64,000 nucleotides of DNA, from IMG/VR virus record IMGVR_UViG_3300045988_087270, positions 1 through 64,000 of that record, one strand, 5' to 3'. The notes below the pieces were generated by a model. That model was given only the letters and a program-made list of their open reading frames with translations. It had not been told where the DNA came from and did not search any database. The stretch is from a virus. Below, piece after piece: positions 8,968 to 18,055 of this stretch (position 1 is the stretch's first letter; each line of letters begins with the position of its first letter). Position numbers and translations under genes: made by a program.

Positions 8968-11001
8968 ATGGAATACTTAGATTTTAGAAATCTTGTTACA
9001 GAAGCATGTAATAAGATGATTAGAGAGAACAAACATCTTTTCATTCTTGACACTCAAAAAGAGTTTTTATGGATGGCTTATATGGAATCTTTCCCTGAAG
9101 GAGCTGTACGTCAAGAATTTAACTGTGTAAATTGTAAACATTTCATTACTCGCTATGGAGCATTAGTCTCTATAGATGAGAATTATAAAATACATTCTTA
9201 CTGGGAGGATGTTCATGCTGAGGGAATATTTGCTAAAGTTGTAGACAATATGTTACAAGTGCTTAAAAATACTAGAATTAGAAATGCATTTGTTACAGAA
9301 GAGACTACAATGGGTTGTAAATGTAATCAGCAGATACTACCTTCTAAAGAAGTAATTACTTGGAATCATTTTTATGCTACTCCTACAAGTAATTTAATTA
9401 TGGATAAGTCTCAGACTCCAACATTTCGTGCAGGTGCTAAATCTTCACATGATGTATGGGTAAGAACTTTATCTGAAATTAATTATAATTCTGTACAAGC
9501 AGTATTAGACTTAATTGCAGATGATAATCTCTATAGAGGTGATACTTATCTGCGCCAAGTAAGTGCTTTAAAGACTGCTCTTGATATAATAGAGAATAAA
9601 CATTTGGAAGGTTTTGAGTTAGATAATTATGCTTGGATATCCTCTTGTATACTTCCTGATGCTGTAACACATATACTTAATAGTGCTATAGGTCAGCTTC
9701 TTAAAGATATAACTGATACTAACAACATTGAAAGTTCAGTTAAGAAATTTGAAGCTATGGTTGCTCCTTATAATTATAAGAGACCTAAAGGTATTATCGC
9801 CAAAACTCAGGTAGAAAATGCTTATAAAACTGTAGTAGAACTTGGTTATGAAGATTCTTTAGAGAGACGTCATGCTAAAGTAGAAGATATATCTATTGAA
9901 GATGTTATCTTTGTAAATAGAGAAACTCGTAAGAGAATGTTAGGAGGATTTGATTCTCTTATGAACGAAACTTCTAATACTAGCAAAGCTGCTACAGACT
10001 TTGAGAAAACTGCTATTCCAACAACTATGGAAGAGTTTCTTAATAATATTGTTTCTAATGCTAGTAAGCTTGAATTATTCTTTGACAATAAGTTAAATAA
10101 TAATTTAGTAACTCTTACTGCTCCAGTTAATAAAGAAGCTCCTTCTATGTTTAAATGGAATAATGGTTTTGCTTGGGCATATGATGGTAATATCTCTGAT
10201 GCTATTAAACAACGTGTTAAAGAAGTAGGAGGTAAAGTAGATGGTTATATGAGAATTTCTCTCCATTGGTATAATTACGATGATTTGGATTTGCATATGG
10301 AAAGTCCTTATGGACACATTCATTATGGTTATAAAGCAAATCTTCTTGATGTAGATATGAATGCCTGTGGAGGTAGCGTTTCTGCAGAACGTGAGCTTCC
10401 TAAGAAGTTCTCTCGTAATGCTGTAGAAAATATTATTTTCTCAGGAATTCCTAAAGCAGGTAAATATAAAGTATTTGTTAACAACTTCGCTAAAGTTGAG
10501 AATATTGATTTAGGATTTGAAGTAGAGGTAGAACTCAATGGAATTATTCATACTTATGTGTACGATAAAGATGTTCCTGGTAGAGCCAATGTCCCAGTAT
10601 TAGACTTTACTTCTAATGGACGTGAGGTTATCTTTACTAAGGAGTATTTAGGTAGTACTACAGCATCTAAAGAAGTTTGGGGAGTAAAGACTCAGAATTC
10701 TGTTGAAGTATCTGCTATATGCTTATCTCCAAATTACTGGGGAAATAATAAAGTAGGTGCTAAGCACTATTTCTTTATGCTGAAGGATTGTAAGAATCCA
10801 GATGCTGTTCGTGGGTATTTTAATGAGTATCTTAAAGACGAACTCACTAAGAATCATAAGAGAGTATTTGAAGTATTAGCATCTAAGGCTTTAACTCCTT
10901 ATAATGATAATCAGATGAGCGGTCTAGGATTTATAGCTACATCTCGTAACCAAATTATGGTTAGAGTAGATTCAGGTAAAATTTATAAAGTAAACATTTA
11001 A
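8968..11001 (+). CDS. large hypothetical protein (677 aa)
   Basis: Long ORF immediately after the SPFH gene; N-terminal Cys cluster (CVNCKHF...CKC); no family recognised. Confidence 0.55.
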   Translation: MEYLDFRNLVTEACNKMIRENKHLFILDTQKEFLWMAYMESFPEGAVRQEFNCVNCKHFITRYGALVSIDENYKIHSYWEDVHAEGIFAKVVDNMLQVLKNTRIRNAFVTEETTMGCKCNQQILPSKEVITWNHFYATPTSNLIMDKSQTPTFRAGAKSSHDVWVRTLSEINYNSVQAVLDLIADDNLYRGDTYLRQVSALKTALDIIENKHLEGFELDNYAWISSCILPDAVTHILNSAIGQLLKDITDTNNIESSVKKFEAMVAPYNYKRPKGIIAKTQVENAYKTVVELGYEDSLERRHAKVEDISIEDVIFVNRETRKRMLGGFDSLMNETSNTSKAATDFEKTAIPTTMEEFLNNIVSNASKLELFFDNKLNNNLVTLTAPVNKEAPSMFKWNNGFAWAYDGNISDAIKQRVKEVGGKVDGYMRISLHWYNYDDLDLHMESPYGHIHYGYKANLLDVDMNACGGSVSAERELPKKFSRNAVENIIFSGIPKAGKYKVFVNNFAKVENIDLGFEVEVELNGIIHTYVYDKDVPGRANVPVLDFTSNGREVIFTKEYLGSTTASKEVWGVKTQNSVEVSAICLSPNYWGNNKVGAKHYFFMLKDCKNPDAVRGYFNEYLKDELTKNHKRVFEVLASKALTPYNDNQMSGLGFIATSRNQIMVRVDSGKIYKVNI

Positions 11002-11013
11002 TAATTAACAACA

Positions 11014-11382
11014 ATGTACAAAGAAGCATTACAGAAAAAATTACGTTTTAAGACAAACAAGGGTATGATTTCTACAGAAGATTTGTTCGACTTATCTCTG
11101 CAGAATCTTAACACTTTAGCTATTATGCTGGATAAAAAGATCAGTGAGGCTCCTAAGAAGTCTTTCATTGAAGAGCTTTCAGCTGAAGAAAATGATGATG
11201 AACTTTGTTTCAGCATTGTAAAAGATGTAATTAATATTAAATTAAAGGCTCGTAAGGATAACATTGACAAAGCACAGGTTAATGCCCGTAACAAGCGTAT
11301 TGCTGAGCTTATTGCGAAGAAAGAGGATGAAGCTCTTGAGAGTAAATCTATTGAAGAACTTCGCGCTATGATTCAGAATTAA
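11014..11382 (+). CDS. hypothetical protein
   Basis: 122 aa ORF, acidic. Confidence 0.5.
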   Translation: MYKEALQKKLRFKTNKGMISTEDLFDLSLQNLNTLAIMLDKKISEAPKKSFIEELSAEENDDELCFSIVKDVINIKLKARKDNIDKAQVNARNKRIAELIAKKEDEALESKSIEELRAMIQN

Positions 11383-11506
11383 AATTTTTAAGATTTTATT
11401 TTTAGAAAAAAAATTCACAACTATAATAACCTCAGTAATAAGGAATACTTATTGAACGTTGTGAAACGTGAATTATAGTCGTGATTTAAAAGGAAACTCA
11501 ATCTTT

Positions 11507-11542
11507 GAGGGGACTCTACTGGGGAGTTCCCTCTTTTGTTTT
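11507..11542 (+). terminator. intrinsic terminator
   Basis: gaggg...ccctc stem followed by TTTTGTTTT. Confidence 0.5.
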
Positions 11543-11545
11543 ATT

Positions 11546-11767
11546 ATGACTAGCAAATTTAAATTGTATGAAAGAATTGTCTTAGACAATATCGAATTTA
11601 CAATTACTAATATTAGTGTAATTCCACAATGTGCTCAATATATAGATAAAAAATTTGTCTATTTATTTGATTTTAATTATTCTTTAAGTTATGGGGATTA
11701 CAAGATGGAACTTACAGAGACAGAAATAAATAATTTAATTAAAAACAATAAAGTAAACAAAAATTAA
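11546..11767 (+). CDS. hypothetical protein
   Basis: Internal ATG (MTSKFKLYERIV...) of track ORF 11468-11767; the upstream part overlaps the terminator hairpin. Confidence 0.35.
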   Translation: MTSKFKLYERIVLDNIEFTITNISVIPQCAQYIDKKFVYLFDFNYSLSYGDYKMELTETEINNLIKNNKVNKN

Positions 11768-11937
11768 CTTTTATAATTTTATAATTAAATTATATTTATA
11801 ATACAAACGGGTTAGGACTGTTATAGTTACGAATTTCACGATTAACCTGATTCCCAGATGTATATATCTATAAATATACTGACTTTTTTGAAGATTTCAA
11901 CATGAAATTGGAAGGGTCGTACTTACCTTAGTACACA

Positions 11938-11971
11938 GAACCGAGAATTGGGAAGTTCTCGGTTCATTTTT
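11938..11971 (+). terminator. intrinsic terminator
   Basis: gaaccgaga...tctcggttc stem followed by TTTTT. Confidence 0.55.
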
Positions 11972-12046
11972 AAATTTTATTAAAATTATATTTTGAATAA
12001 TAAAATTTAGATTTATAATAGTCAATACGATAAAAAAGAATAAAAA

Positions 12047-12202
12047 ATGAAGAAATTACTTGTACTTAGTGTATTATTTACACTCTTAAGTTGTTCTACT
12101 GGTTCAAATAATTCAGTAAATTCAACTTCAAATGATTCTATTAATGTTGATACTACAGTAGTTGATACTACTGAAGTTGATTCAACTGTATGTCCTGATT
12201 AA
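12047..12202 (+). CDS. small lipoprotein (51 aa)
   Basis: MKKLLVLSVLFTLLSCS signal peptide with lipobox; Ser/Thr/Asp-rich tail; the stop lies inside hairpin gtcctgattaatcaggac. Confidence 0.4.
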   Translation: MKKLLVLSVLFTLLSCSTGSNNSVNSTSNDSINVDTTVVDTTEVDSTVCPD

Positions 12203-12213
12203 TCAGGACTTCC

Positions 12214-12294
12214 GTCTAGATAGCCAAGTGGTCAACGGCAGCAAGCTGTTAACTTGCCCCGAAAGGTTCCTAGGTTCGAATCCTAGTCTAGGCG
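12214..12294 (+). tRNA. type-II tRNA (Ser-like body, G73) with anticodon loop cuGUUaa
   Basis: Acceptor gtctaga/tctaggc, T-arm ctagg-ttcgaat-cctag, 3-bp D-stem with 11-nt D-loop, 12-nt variable arm, anticodon stem gcaag/cttgc; positions 34-36 read GUU. Confidence 0.55.
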
Positions 12295-12302
12295 CAATGA
12301 TA

Positions 12303-12365
12303 TATGCCTCTTATTTCTAAGGTTCATTACCTTCTCGAAAAGAAATGTGTACACAAGAGGCGCCT
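12303..12365 (+). other. structured RNA-like element (7-bp closing stem gcctctt/aagaggc, internal hairpins)
   Basis: Nested stems atttct/agaaat, aagg-ttcatta-cctt (T-arm-like) and palindrome gtgtacac, immediately 5' of the next tRNA. Confidence 0.3.
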
Positions 12366-12442
12366 GGAGTATTAAGCCCTGTTGGTAAGGGAACTAGACT
12401 GTCACTCTAGTAAAACTAAGGGTTCGAGTCCCTTATATTCCG
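12366..12442 (+). tRNA. tRNA-Asp(GUC), non-canonical D-arm
   Basis: Acceptor ggagtat/atattcc (one G-U), anticodon stem ctaga/tctag with loop cuGUCac, T-arm aaggg-ttcgagt-ccctt; the D-stem pairs only ccc/ggg. Confidence 0.5.
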
Positions 12443-12587
12443 CAAATAATGGAGAGCACCTAGCGTTTAACTGGGTAGTTGTTAGAGGTAGCGGTGGCAA
12501 TCCACGAGTATGCCTGATAGCTCAATATATTATTAGAATATGGTCACGATAGTTTGCCCGTCTAATGCCATATTTGCCTTTATTTAA

Positions 12588-12659
12588 GCTTCAATAGCAC
12601 AGTGGTAGTGCAGCATTCTTGTAAAATGCAGGTCGTAGGTTCAAATCCTACTTGAAGCT
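12588..12659 (+). tRNA. tRNA-Thr(UGU)
   Basis: Canonical cloverleaf: acceptor gcttcaa/ttgaagc, D-stem gcac/gtgc, anticodon stem gcatt/aatgc with loop cuUGUaa, T-arm gtagg-ttcaaat-cctac. Confidence 0.8.
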
Positions 12660-12668
12660 CTCTAATAT

Positions 12669-12740
12669 CGTGGGTTGTAGCAGTGGTAGCTTGTTTGTCT
12701 CATAAGCAAACGGTCATCGGTTCGAGTCCGATACCCACAA
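12669..12740 (+). tRNA. tRNA-Met or Ile2 (CAU)
   Basis: Acceptor cgtgggt/acccaca (1:72 C-A mismatch), anticodon loop cuCAUaa, T-arm atcgg-ttcgagt-ccgat. Confidence 0.65.
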
Positions 12741-12746
12741 CAAAAT

Positions 12747-12830
12747 TGTCTAGTATGTGAAGTGGTCAAACATGACTGACTGTAAATCAGCTGCTATTTA
12801 GCTTCGGGAGTTCGAATCTCTCCTAGACAA
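12747..12830 (+). tRNA. tRNA-Tyr(GUA), type II
   Basis: Acceptor tgtctag/ctagaca, anticodon loop cuGUAaa, long variable arm gctatttagc, T-arm gggag-ttcgaat-ctctc. Confidence 0.7.
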
Positions 12831-12850
12831 CTAATTAAAAAATAAATAAT

Positions 12851-13327
12851 ATGGAAAAAACTTTTAATTATCAATCTGATGCAAATTTCTATGATAAAAA
12901 GGATTTTATTATAGCTGTTTTAAAAAGAAAAATAAATAGTTTTAAAGAGTATGATGCTAAAAGAAAAAAGCATTATGCTGGACTAGAACAAAAAATTGGA
13001 GAATTAGAATCCTATATAGATGAATTAGAGAACGGACTTAGTATAGAATCTTTAAGTAATAAAATTCAATCTTTAGAAAATGAGATTGAGAAACAGAATC
13101 TTAAAATTAGAGAGTTAAGAGCTAAAGTTAATATATCTTTATTTGATGATACTAAGTCTTTTAGAGAATTAGAATCTATGGCAAATAATTTAAAAGACTT
13201 TAATAGCATGAAATTAGCTATTAAAGATCTTAGAAAACGGCTTAAAGATAACAAAAAAACTATATCTGATTTAATATATGAATTAACACAAGCTAAACTT
13301 AAAATAAAACAATTAACTGGAGAGTAA
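12851..13327 (+). CDS. coiled-coil hypothetical protein
   Basis: 158 aa; heptad-rich LENE/IEKQNLKIRELRAK. Confidence 0.5.
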   Translation: MEKTFNYQSDANFYDKKDFIIAVLKRKINSFKEYDAKRKKHYAGLEQKIGELESYIDELENGLSIESLSNKIQSLENEIEKQNLKIRELRAKVNISLFDDTKSFRELESMANNLKDFNSMKLAIKDLRKRLKDNKKTISDLIYELTQAKLKIKQLTGE

Positions 13328-13337
13328 TCTCCAATTT

Positions 13338-13411
13338 GGGGCGTCGGCTCAAGTGGTCAGCACCTGCTTTGCACGCAGGCATTCTTAGGAGTTCGAATCT
13401 CCTACGCTCCA
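13338..13411 (+). tRNA. tRNA-Ala(UGC)
   Basis: Acceptor ggggcgt/acgctcc with the G3:U70 identity pair, anticodon stem cctgc/gcagg with loop uuUGCac, T-arm aggag-ttcgaat-ctcct. Confidence 0.8.
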
Positions 13412-13431
13412 CTATTAAATTAAATATTTTT

Positions 13432-13770
13432 ATGAAAATAACTATTGATACAGACAATTTAGAAACATTAAAGTATAAAACTGAAGATGTTCCTATTTTA
13501 ATGAAGACTTTCCAGCAGTTAATGAATAAATTAATGTATGAAGTAATAGGAAATTATTATTCTGTAGATGATGTTCCTAAGGATGCTCCAAAATGGGTAA
13601 AAGAAGAACTACTTAATGTAGGAAAAACCTGTTATGTGGATGGACATATGGATAAAGAATATGTTTTTAAAGGTATCCAAGAAACATTTGAGGATTATTA
13701 TTATATATTAGAAAATAATAATAAAAAAATTTCTTATTCTTCATGCGTTGGAAAGATATCTTATAAATAA
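13432..13770 (+). CDS. hypothetical protein
   Basis: Track ORF 13336-13770 begins inside tRNA-Ala; the real start is probably the internal ATG (MKITIDTDNL...). Confidence 0.5.
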   Translation: MKITIDTDNLETLKYKTEDVPILMKTFQQLMNKLMYEVIGNYYSVDDVPKDAPKWVKEELLNVGKTCYVDGHMDKEYVFKGIQETFEDYYYILENNNKKISYSSCVGKISYK

Positions 13771-13825
13771 TGTAATGATATTTCATATAACATAAAAAGC
13801 TAAATCAGAGTAATTACCTGACTAT

Positions 13826-13853
13826 GGGAGTTTTACTGTTCTCCCGCTTTTTA
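13826..13853 (+). terminator. possible intrinsic terminator
   Basis: gggag...ctccc stem followed by GCTTTTT. Confidence 0.35.
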
Positions 13854-13888
13854 TGTAAATTTTAAACAGTAATTAAAAATAGTACAAT

Positions 13889-14605
13889 ATGAAGAAATTT
13901 AAAGAATGCACCAATGAAGAAATTAAATTAGCTATATCAAATAGCGAAAATTTAAATTAGGTTTGTAAGTAGTTATTATGTACCGATAATACTTACAATA
14001 GAAATAAAATAAGAGATTTTATTAAATCAAATAATTTAAGTATAGCACATTTTAAAACTAGATATTCTAAGGAATCTTACGATAAAAATCCTAAAGTATG
14101 TAAATACTGTGGAAAAATTATTCCTTATGAAAAGCGAGTTAATGATTTTTGCAATCATTCTTGTGCAACTAGTTATAATAATATTGGAGTAGTACGCAAT
14201 AAACCATCTTTACCTACTTATTCACTCTGTTTGAACTGTGGAAAAGAAATTACTAAAGGAAATAAATATTGTAATAATACGTGTAAAGCAGAATATGAAA
14301 GAAAGGAATATATTAAAAGATGGAAAGCAGGGGAAGAATCAGGTATTATTGGAAAAGATAAAATAGCTACAGCAGTAAAAATATATTTGAGAGAAAAATT
14401 TAATAATTCTTGCCAAAAATGTGGGTGGAATTAGGTAAATTATTTCACAGGTTTAGTACCACTGCAAATTCATCATATTGATGGTAACTGTTTAAATAAT
14501 CAAGAATTCAATCTTTAGCTGCTATGTCCTAATTGTCATGCCTTAACGGAAAATTTTGGCTCTAGAAATAAAAATTGTACTAGAATTGATAAAAGAAAAC
14601 GATAA
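13889..14605 (+). CDS. HNH homing endonuclease with four in-frame TAG codons (13958, 13970, 14432, 14516)
   Basis: Single frame from ATG 13889 to TAA 14603-14605. Zn-ribbon pairs (CKYCG, CLNCG, CQKCG) and an intact HNH motif (HHIDGN...NLxLLCPNCHA) lie downstream of the third TAG. The only internal stops are TAG. Confidence 0.55.
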
Positions 14606-15007
14606 TAACAAAGCTCTAAAATACTAGTTACAGGAGCAACGTAACTTATAGGGTGCCTCTCAACGATGCATACTCGCCTATTAGGTGTCGTAGAACCTAC
14701 GAACTGGAATGGTTCGATGTTTTTTGCATTCCTACAGAATCCTAAATAATAAAAATAGAGACCATAAGATTGTCTCTAACAGGGGCAATTTACCTGGGAT
14801 TCTTAATTTTTTAAACTCTCCTCCTAGATACTTTATAAGTTAAACTTTAAATTTGATTTATTATGATGAAAATTTTAAAAAAAACTTTAAAAGCCATTAA
14901 GAAGGGTTGGATTTGGTATGCTAATCAGTATTGTAGATTATACATGCCTCCAATTATTTAATCTTATTATTTAATTTGTAAGTACCAAAGGGGTACTTAC
15001 TGATGTT

Positions 15008-15036
15008 GGGTCGGGCAATAAGCTCGACTTTTTTTG
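15008..15036 (+). terminator. intrinsic terminator
   Basis: ggtcg...cgact stem followed by TTTTTTT; preceded by a perfect 9-bp hairpin at 14978-15000. Confidence 0.5.
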
Positions 15037-15037
15037 T

Positions 15038-15451
15038 TTGTATATATTTTTAAAAATTTTATATATTATGAAAAAATTTAAATTTATATTAATATTATTA
15101 TGTTTTTTATGTACTAAAAGTATTGCTCAAACTATAACTCACGTAACTCTTACTTGTTATCAGCCAGTAAAGAGTCAGTGTAATAAAGAACCATTAGTTA
15201 CAGCTGATGGTTCTAAAATTAACTTGCACCATTTAAAAAGAGGTAGTATTAAGTGGTGTGCAATTTCTCGTGATTTACTCTATTTATTTCCAAAGAATAA
15301 ACCTAAAAAAGTATTTATAGAAGGTTTTGGAATATATGAAGTTAAAGATGTTATGAATAAAAGACATAAACATCGTATTGATATATTAATACATCCAAAG
15401 AACTCTAAACGAATTAGTATAGAACATGTAAAAGTTAAAATTCTTAAATAA
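15038..15451 (+). CDS. secreted protein, possible 3D/DPBB-type lytic transglycosylase
   Basis: Signal peptide MKKFKFILILLCFLCTKSIAQ; VTLTCYQP...TADGSKI...AISRDLL...IEGFGIYEVKDVM resembles the RlpA/3D fold. The family assignment is tentative. Confidence 0.45.
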   Translation: MYIFLKILYIMKKFKFILILLCFLCTKSIAQTITHVTLTCYQPVKSQCNKEPLVTADGSKINLHHLKRGSIKWCAISRDLLYLFPKNKPKKVFIEGFGIYEVKDVMNKRHKHRIDILIHPKNSKRISIEHVKVKILK

Positions 15452-15873
15452 TGTGTTTATATTTACGAGATAAAGTAGAACGCATAGCTACTTCTAATAT
15501 ATATGTATGGAAAGCCCTAATAAGTTATGATGGGCACGGCTATTATTCACCAGTATTTAATTATAGGTACGACTTAGGAGAAACTTATAGATCATACTTA
15601 GATGGAAATAAGAATAGTATATGTGTATCTATGGGACTCCATTCTTTTGGATATAATATAAGTATATTAAGTTCTTATGCTGGAGAATATGAATGTTATG
15701 GAAGTTCATATAATCGTTTTGATATTAAAGAACCTATTGATACTATAGGATTATTCATAATTCCTGAAGGAAGTTATTATTATACTGATGGATATTTTTA
15801 TGCAAGTGATACTTTAAAATTATTAAGAACTCTTCCAATAAATGAATTTTTTAATTATATGATGAACAGATGA
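15451..15873 (+). CDS. hypothetical protein
   Basis: 140 aa, Tyr/Gly-rich. Confidence 0.45.
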   Translation: MCLYLRDKVERIATSNIYVWKALISYDGHGYYSPVFNYRYDLGETYRSYLDGNKNSICVSMGLHSFGYNISILSSYAGEYECYGSSYNRFDIKEPIDTIGLFIIPEGSYYYTDGYFYASDTLKLLRTLPINEFFNYMMNR

Positions 15874-15981
15874 CATTAAAAGAAACTGTAGAATCCTTTG
15901 ATGGTAAAAAGAAAGGGGCTAGTAAGTTAATCTTATTAGTCCCTATTTTTGTATTAGCATTACTAATATTTATTAATTTAA

Positions 15982-16182
15982 ATGGTTAAGTATAAAAAGT
16001 GTGGAGCATTACGAATTAGAATAGATGGTAGTAAATGTATTGTAGTAAATCTTAAATTACCATCTATTACTAGTCGTAGTACTTCATATTTAGATTTTTT
16101 AAGAGAAACTATTTTAGATAGTAATAAGCAAGAGTTTAATAATGCTGTAGAAACAATCTGTACTAGGATTAAATCTTTATAG
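15982..16182 (+). CDS. hypothetical protein
   Basis: 66 aa ORF. Confidence 0.35.
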   Translation: MVKYKKCGALRIRIDGSKCIVVNLKLPSITSRSTSYLDFLRETILDSNKQEFNNAVETICTRIKSL

Positions 16183-16212
16183 TATTATATTATCTTACTT
16201 ATCATAACGCAG

Positions 16213-16431
16213 ATGATTATTAGTAGAAAATTATTAATATTATTAAACATGTTTATTGATTTAACATTAGACAATAACAATATTAATAGAAGATATTTAA
16301 TAGCCGTAGATGATATTTCCTTAATAGAAGAGGTTGGTGAAAGCTCTTATGTTATATTAAAAGGTGGAAGCTGCTTATCTGTGAAGGAATCTATTGATTA
16401 TATAAAATCTTTATTAGACAATGTCAAATGA
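16213..16431 (+). CDS. hypothetical protein
   Basis: 72 aa ORF. Confidence 0.4.
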   Translation: MIISRKLLILLNMFIDLTLDNNNINRRYLIAVDDISLIEEVGESSYVILKGGSCLSVKESIDYIKSLLDNVK

Positions 16432-16645
16432 AAAAGTAAAAATTGATTTTGGATGTGGAACTTCACTTATTCCAGGATCTTTCCTGATTTTATTGATAGC
16501 TAAAGTTCTTTTACATTCAGATATCTCGTGGTGGATTGTTTTTAGTCCACTCTTAATAGGAATAGGACTTATAATTATATTATGTATTATATGGTTAATT
16601 TTATATTGTATGACTGATGGAAGATATAACAGATATCATAAGTGA
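16421..16645 (+). CDS. small membrane protein
   Basis: Two hydrophobic helices. Confidence 0.4.
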   Translation: MSNEKVKIDFGCGTSLIPGSFLILLIAKVLLHSDISWWIVFSPLLIGIGLIIILCIIWLILYCMTDGRYNRYHK

Positions 16646-16681
16646 CCTAGATGATTATTGGAATGATCTAGAAGCAGACTA

Positions 16682-16867
16682 TTGGAATTCTTTAGAAAAA
16701 GAAGGACTATGAATACAGATATTTTTGAGATAAAAGCAGATAAAGCCTGGGAAACATTAATTACAGAATCTCCTATATATCTATTAATGTCTAGTAGAGA
16801 GTTAGAAAAATGTAAAAACTTTTTTATCCTAGGATATTATACAGCAATTAGAGATTCTCACTTATGA
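16682..16867 (+). CDS. hypothetical protein
   Basis: 61 aa ORF. Confidence 0.35.
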   Translation: MEFFRKRRTMNTDIFEIKADKAWETLITESPIYLLMSSRELEKCKNFFILGYYTAIRDSHL

Positions 16868-17091
16868 ATTATCAAAAAGCTAGTCAAGTATCTTTATTAG
16901 TAGAATTAATTAACTCTTCTGAAATAGTGTCTAAAGAATATTCTGAAGCACGTATACCAGAAGATTTAATTTCTAATATAAAGATATTATGTATAAAAGA
17001 TAGTAGTTTTAGAAGAAGTTTCTATAATATAATGCAGAAACTTGGAAAGAAATATTTAGATATTTATATAAATACATTATCAGAGTTATGA
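16864..17091 (+). CDS. hypothetical protein
   Basis: 75 aa; ATGA overlap. Confidence 0.4.
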   Translation: MNYQKASQVSLLVELINSSEIVSKEYSEARIPEDLISNIKILCIKDSSFRRSFYNIMQKLGKKYLDIYINTLSEL

Positions 17092-17585
17092 ACTTAATTT
17101 GGTTAAAATTAATAAAGCGAATCTTAACTCATAAGTATTATGTTGCTAAATATTGCTTTCAAATAGGACTATATTGGCAAGGTATTACTCATGATTTATC
17201 TAAATTTAGTTTCACAGAATTTTCAGGAGCTAAAGAAAGATATGATTTCCAATATAATAAAACCGCACTTACTTGTAGTAAAGTCCGAGACTTAACTACA
17301 GGAAAAATTTTAGAAATTAAGATAGATAATCCTGAAGTAATTAGTGATAAACCTCTATTAATTCTTGATGATTTATGTGATGGTGGAGGGACCTTCTGCG
17401 GTATTGCTAAAGCATTTAATGCTTTAGGTGTTCCTAAAGAACGCTTAAATATTGCAGTTACTCATATGGTAAATCCTAAAGGTATAGAAAATCTATCTAA
17501 CAATTTTAATAAAGTTTGGTTTACTAATTCTTACAAAGATTGGGATAATCTTCCTAAGAATGTTACAATGATTAAGGTTGTCTAA
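17088..17585 (+). CDS. phosphoribosyltransferase (type I PRTase)
   Basis: PRPP-binding motif PLLILDDLCDGGGT. Confidence 0.6.
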   Translation: MNLIWLKLIKRILTHKYYVAKYCFQIGLYWQGITHDLSKFSFTEFSGAKERYDFQYNKTALTCSKVRDLTTGKILEIKIDNPEVISDKPLLILDDLCDGGGTFCGIAKAFNALGVPKERLNIAVTHMVNPKGIENLSNNFNKVWFTNSYKDWDNLPKNVTMIKVV

Positions 17586-17726
17586 TGTATATTTTAGGAC
17601 TTATTATAACTATTGTTTTGGTAATAATTATAATTGATCCAAGATTAGATATTACAGATAATCAATGTATATTATGGTATTCAAATTTTGAAGGTGAACG
17701 TTGTTATTTAATACTTTGGAATAAAA

Positions 17727-18053
17727 ATGATCATTATAAATAAAGATGAATTAAATTCCGACCTAGTTCATGATATCAATTTAGAGTTAGAAGCATTATT
17801 TACAGATAATAGAACTTGGGAAATTAGTTCTAGTACTGGAAATTTAGACGATGCTTCAGATGTACGAATTGTTATTAAAGGTGTGGGACATTGTTATATT
17901 TCCACAATAGGTGATACTGAAGAGTATGTTAGAGATTTATTAAATAGCTATAGAAAAGCTCATAATTTTGATACTTTTTGTATGTCTACAACGTATTTTG
18001 ATCCTGAAAAGAACGGAATAGTATTTGAATATGCGGATTACATATCTTTATAA
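17727..18053 (+). CDS. hypothetical protein
   Basis: 108 aa ORF. Confidence 0.45.
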   Translation: MIIINKDELNSDLVHDINLELEALFTDNRTWEISSSTGNLDDASDVRIVIKGVGHCYISTIGDTEEYVRDLLNSYRKAHNFDTFCMSTTYFDPEKNGIVFEYADYISL

Positions 18054-18055
18054 TC

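Noticed and set aside
8968-11001. Assigning the 677-aa protein to a TerD or vWA family
   Set aside because: The similarity I thought I saw (DDLDLH, NIIF..GKYKV) is too weak to support without a profile search.
12443-12587. Amber suppressor tRNA (CUA anticodon) in the tRNA-cluster spacer
   Set aside because: I searched both strands for 7-bp acceptor pairing and T-loop motifs and found no cloverleaf. The CTA triplets present are not in a stem-loop context.
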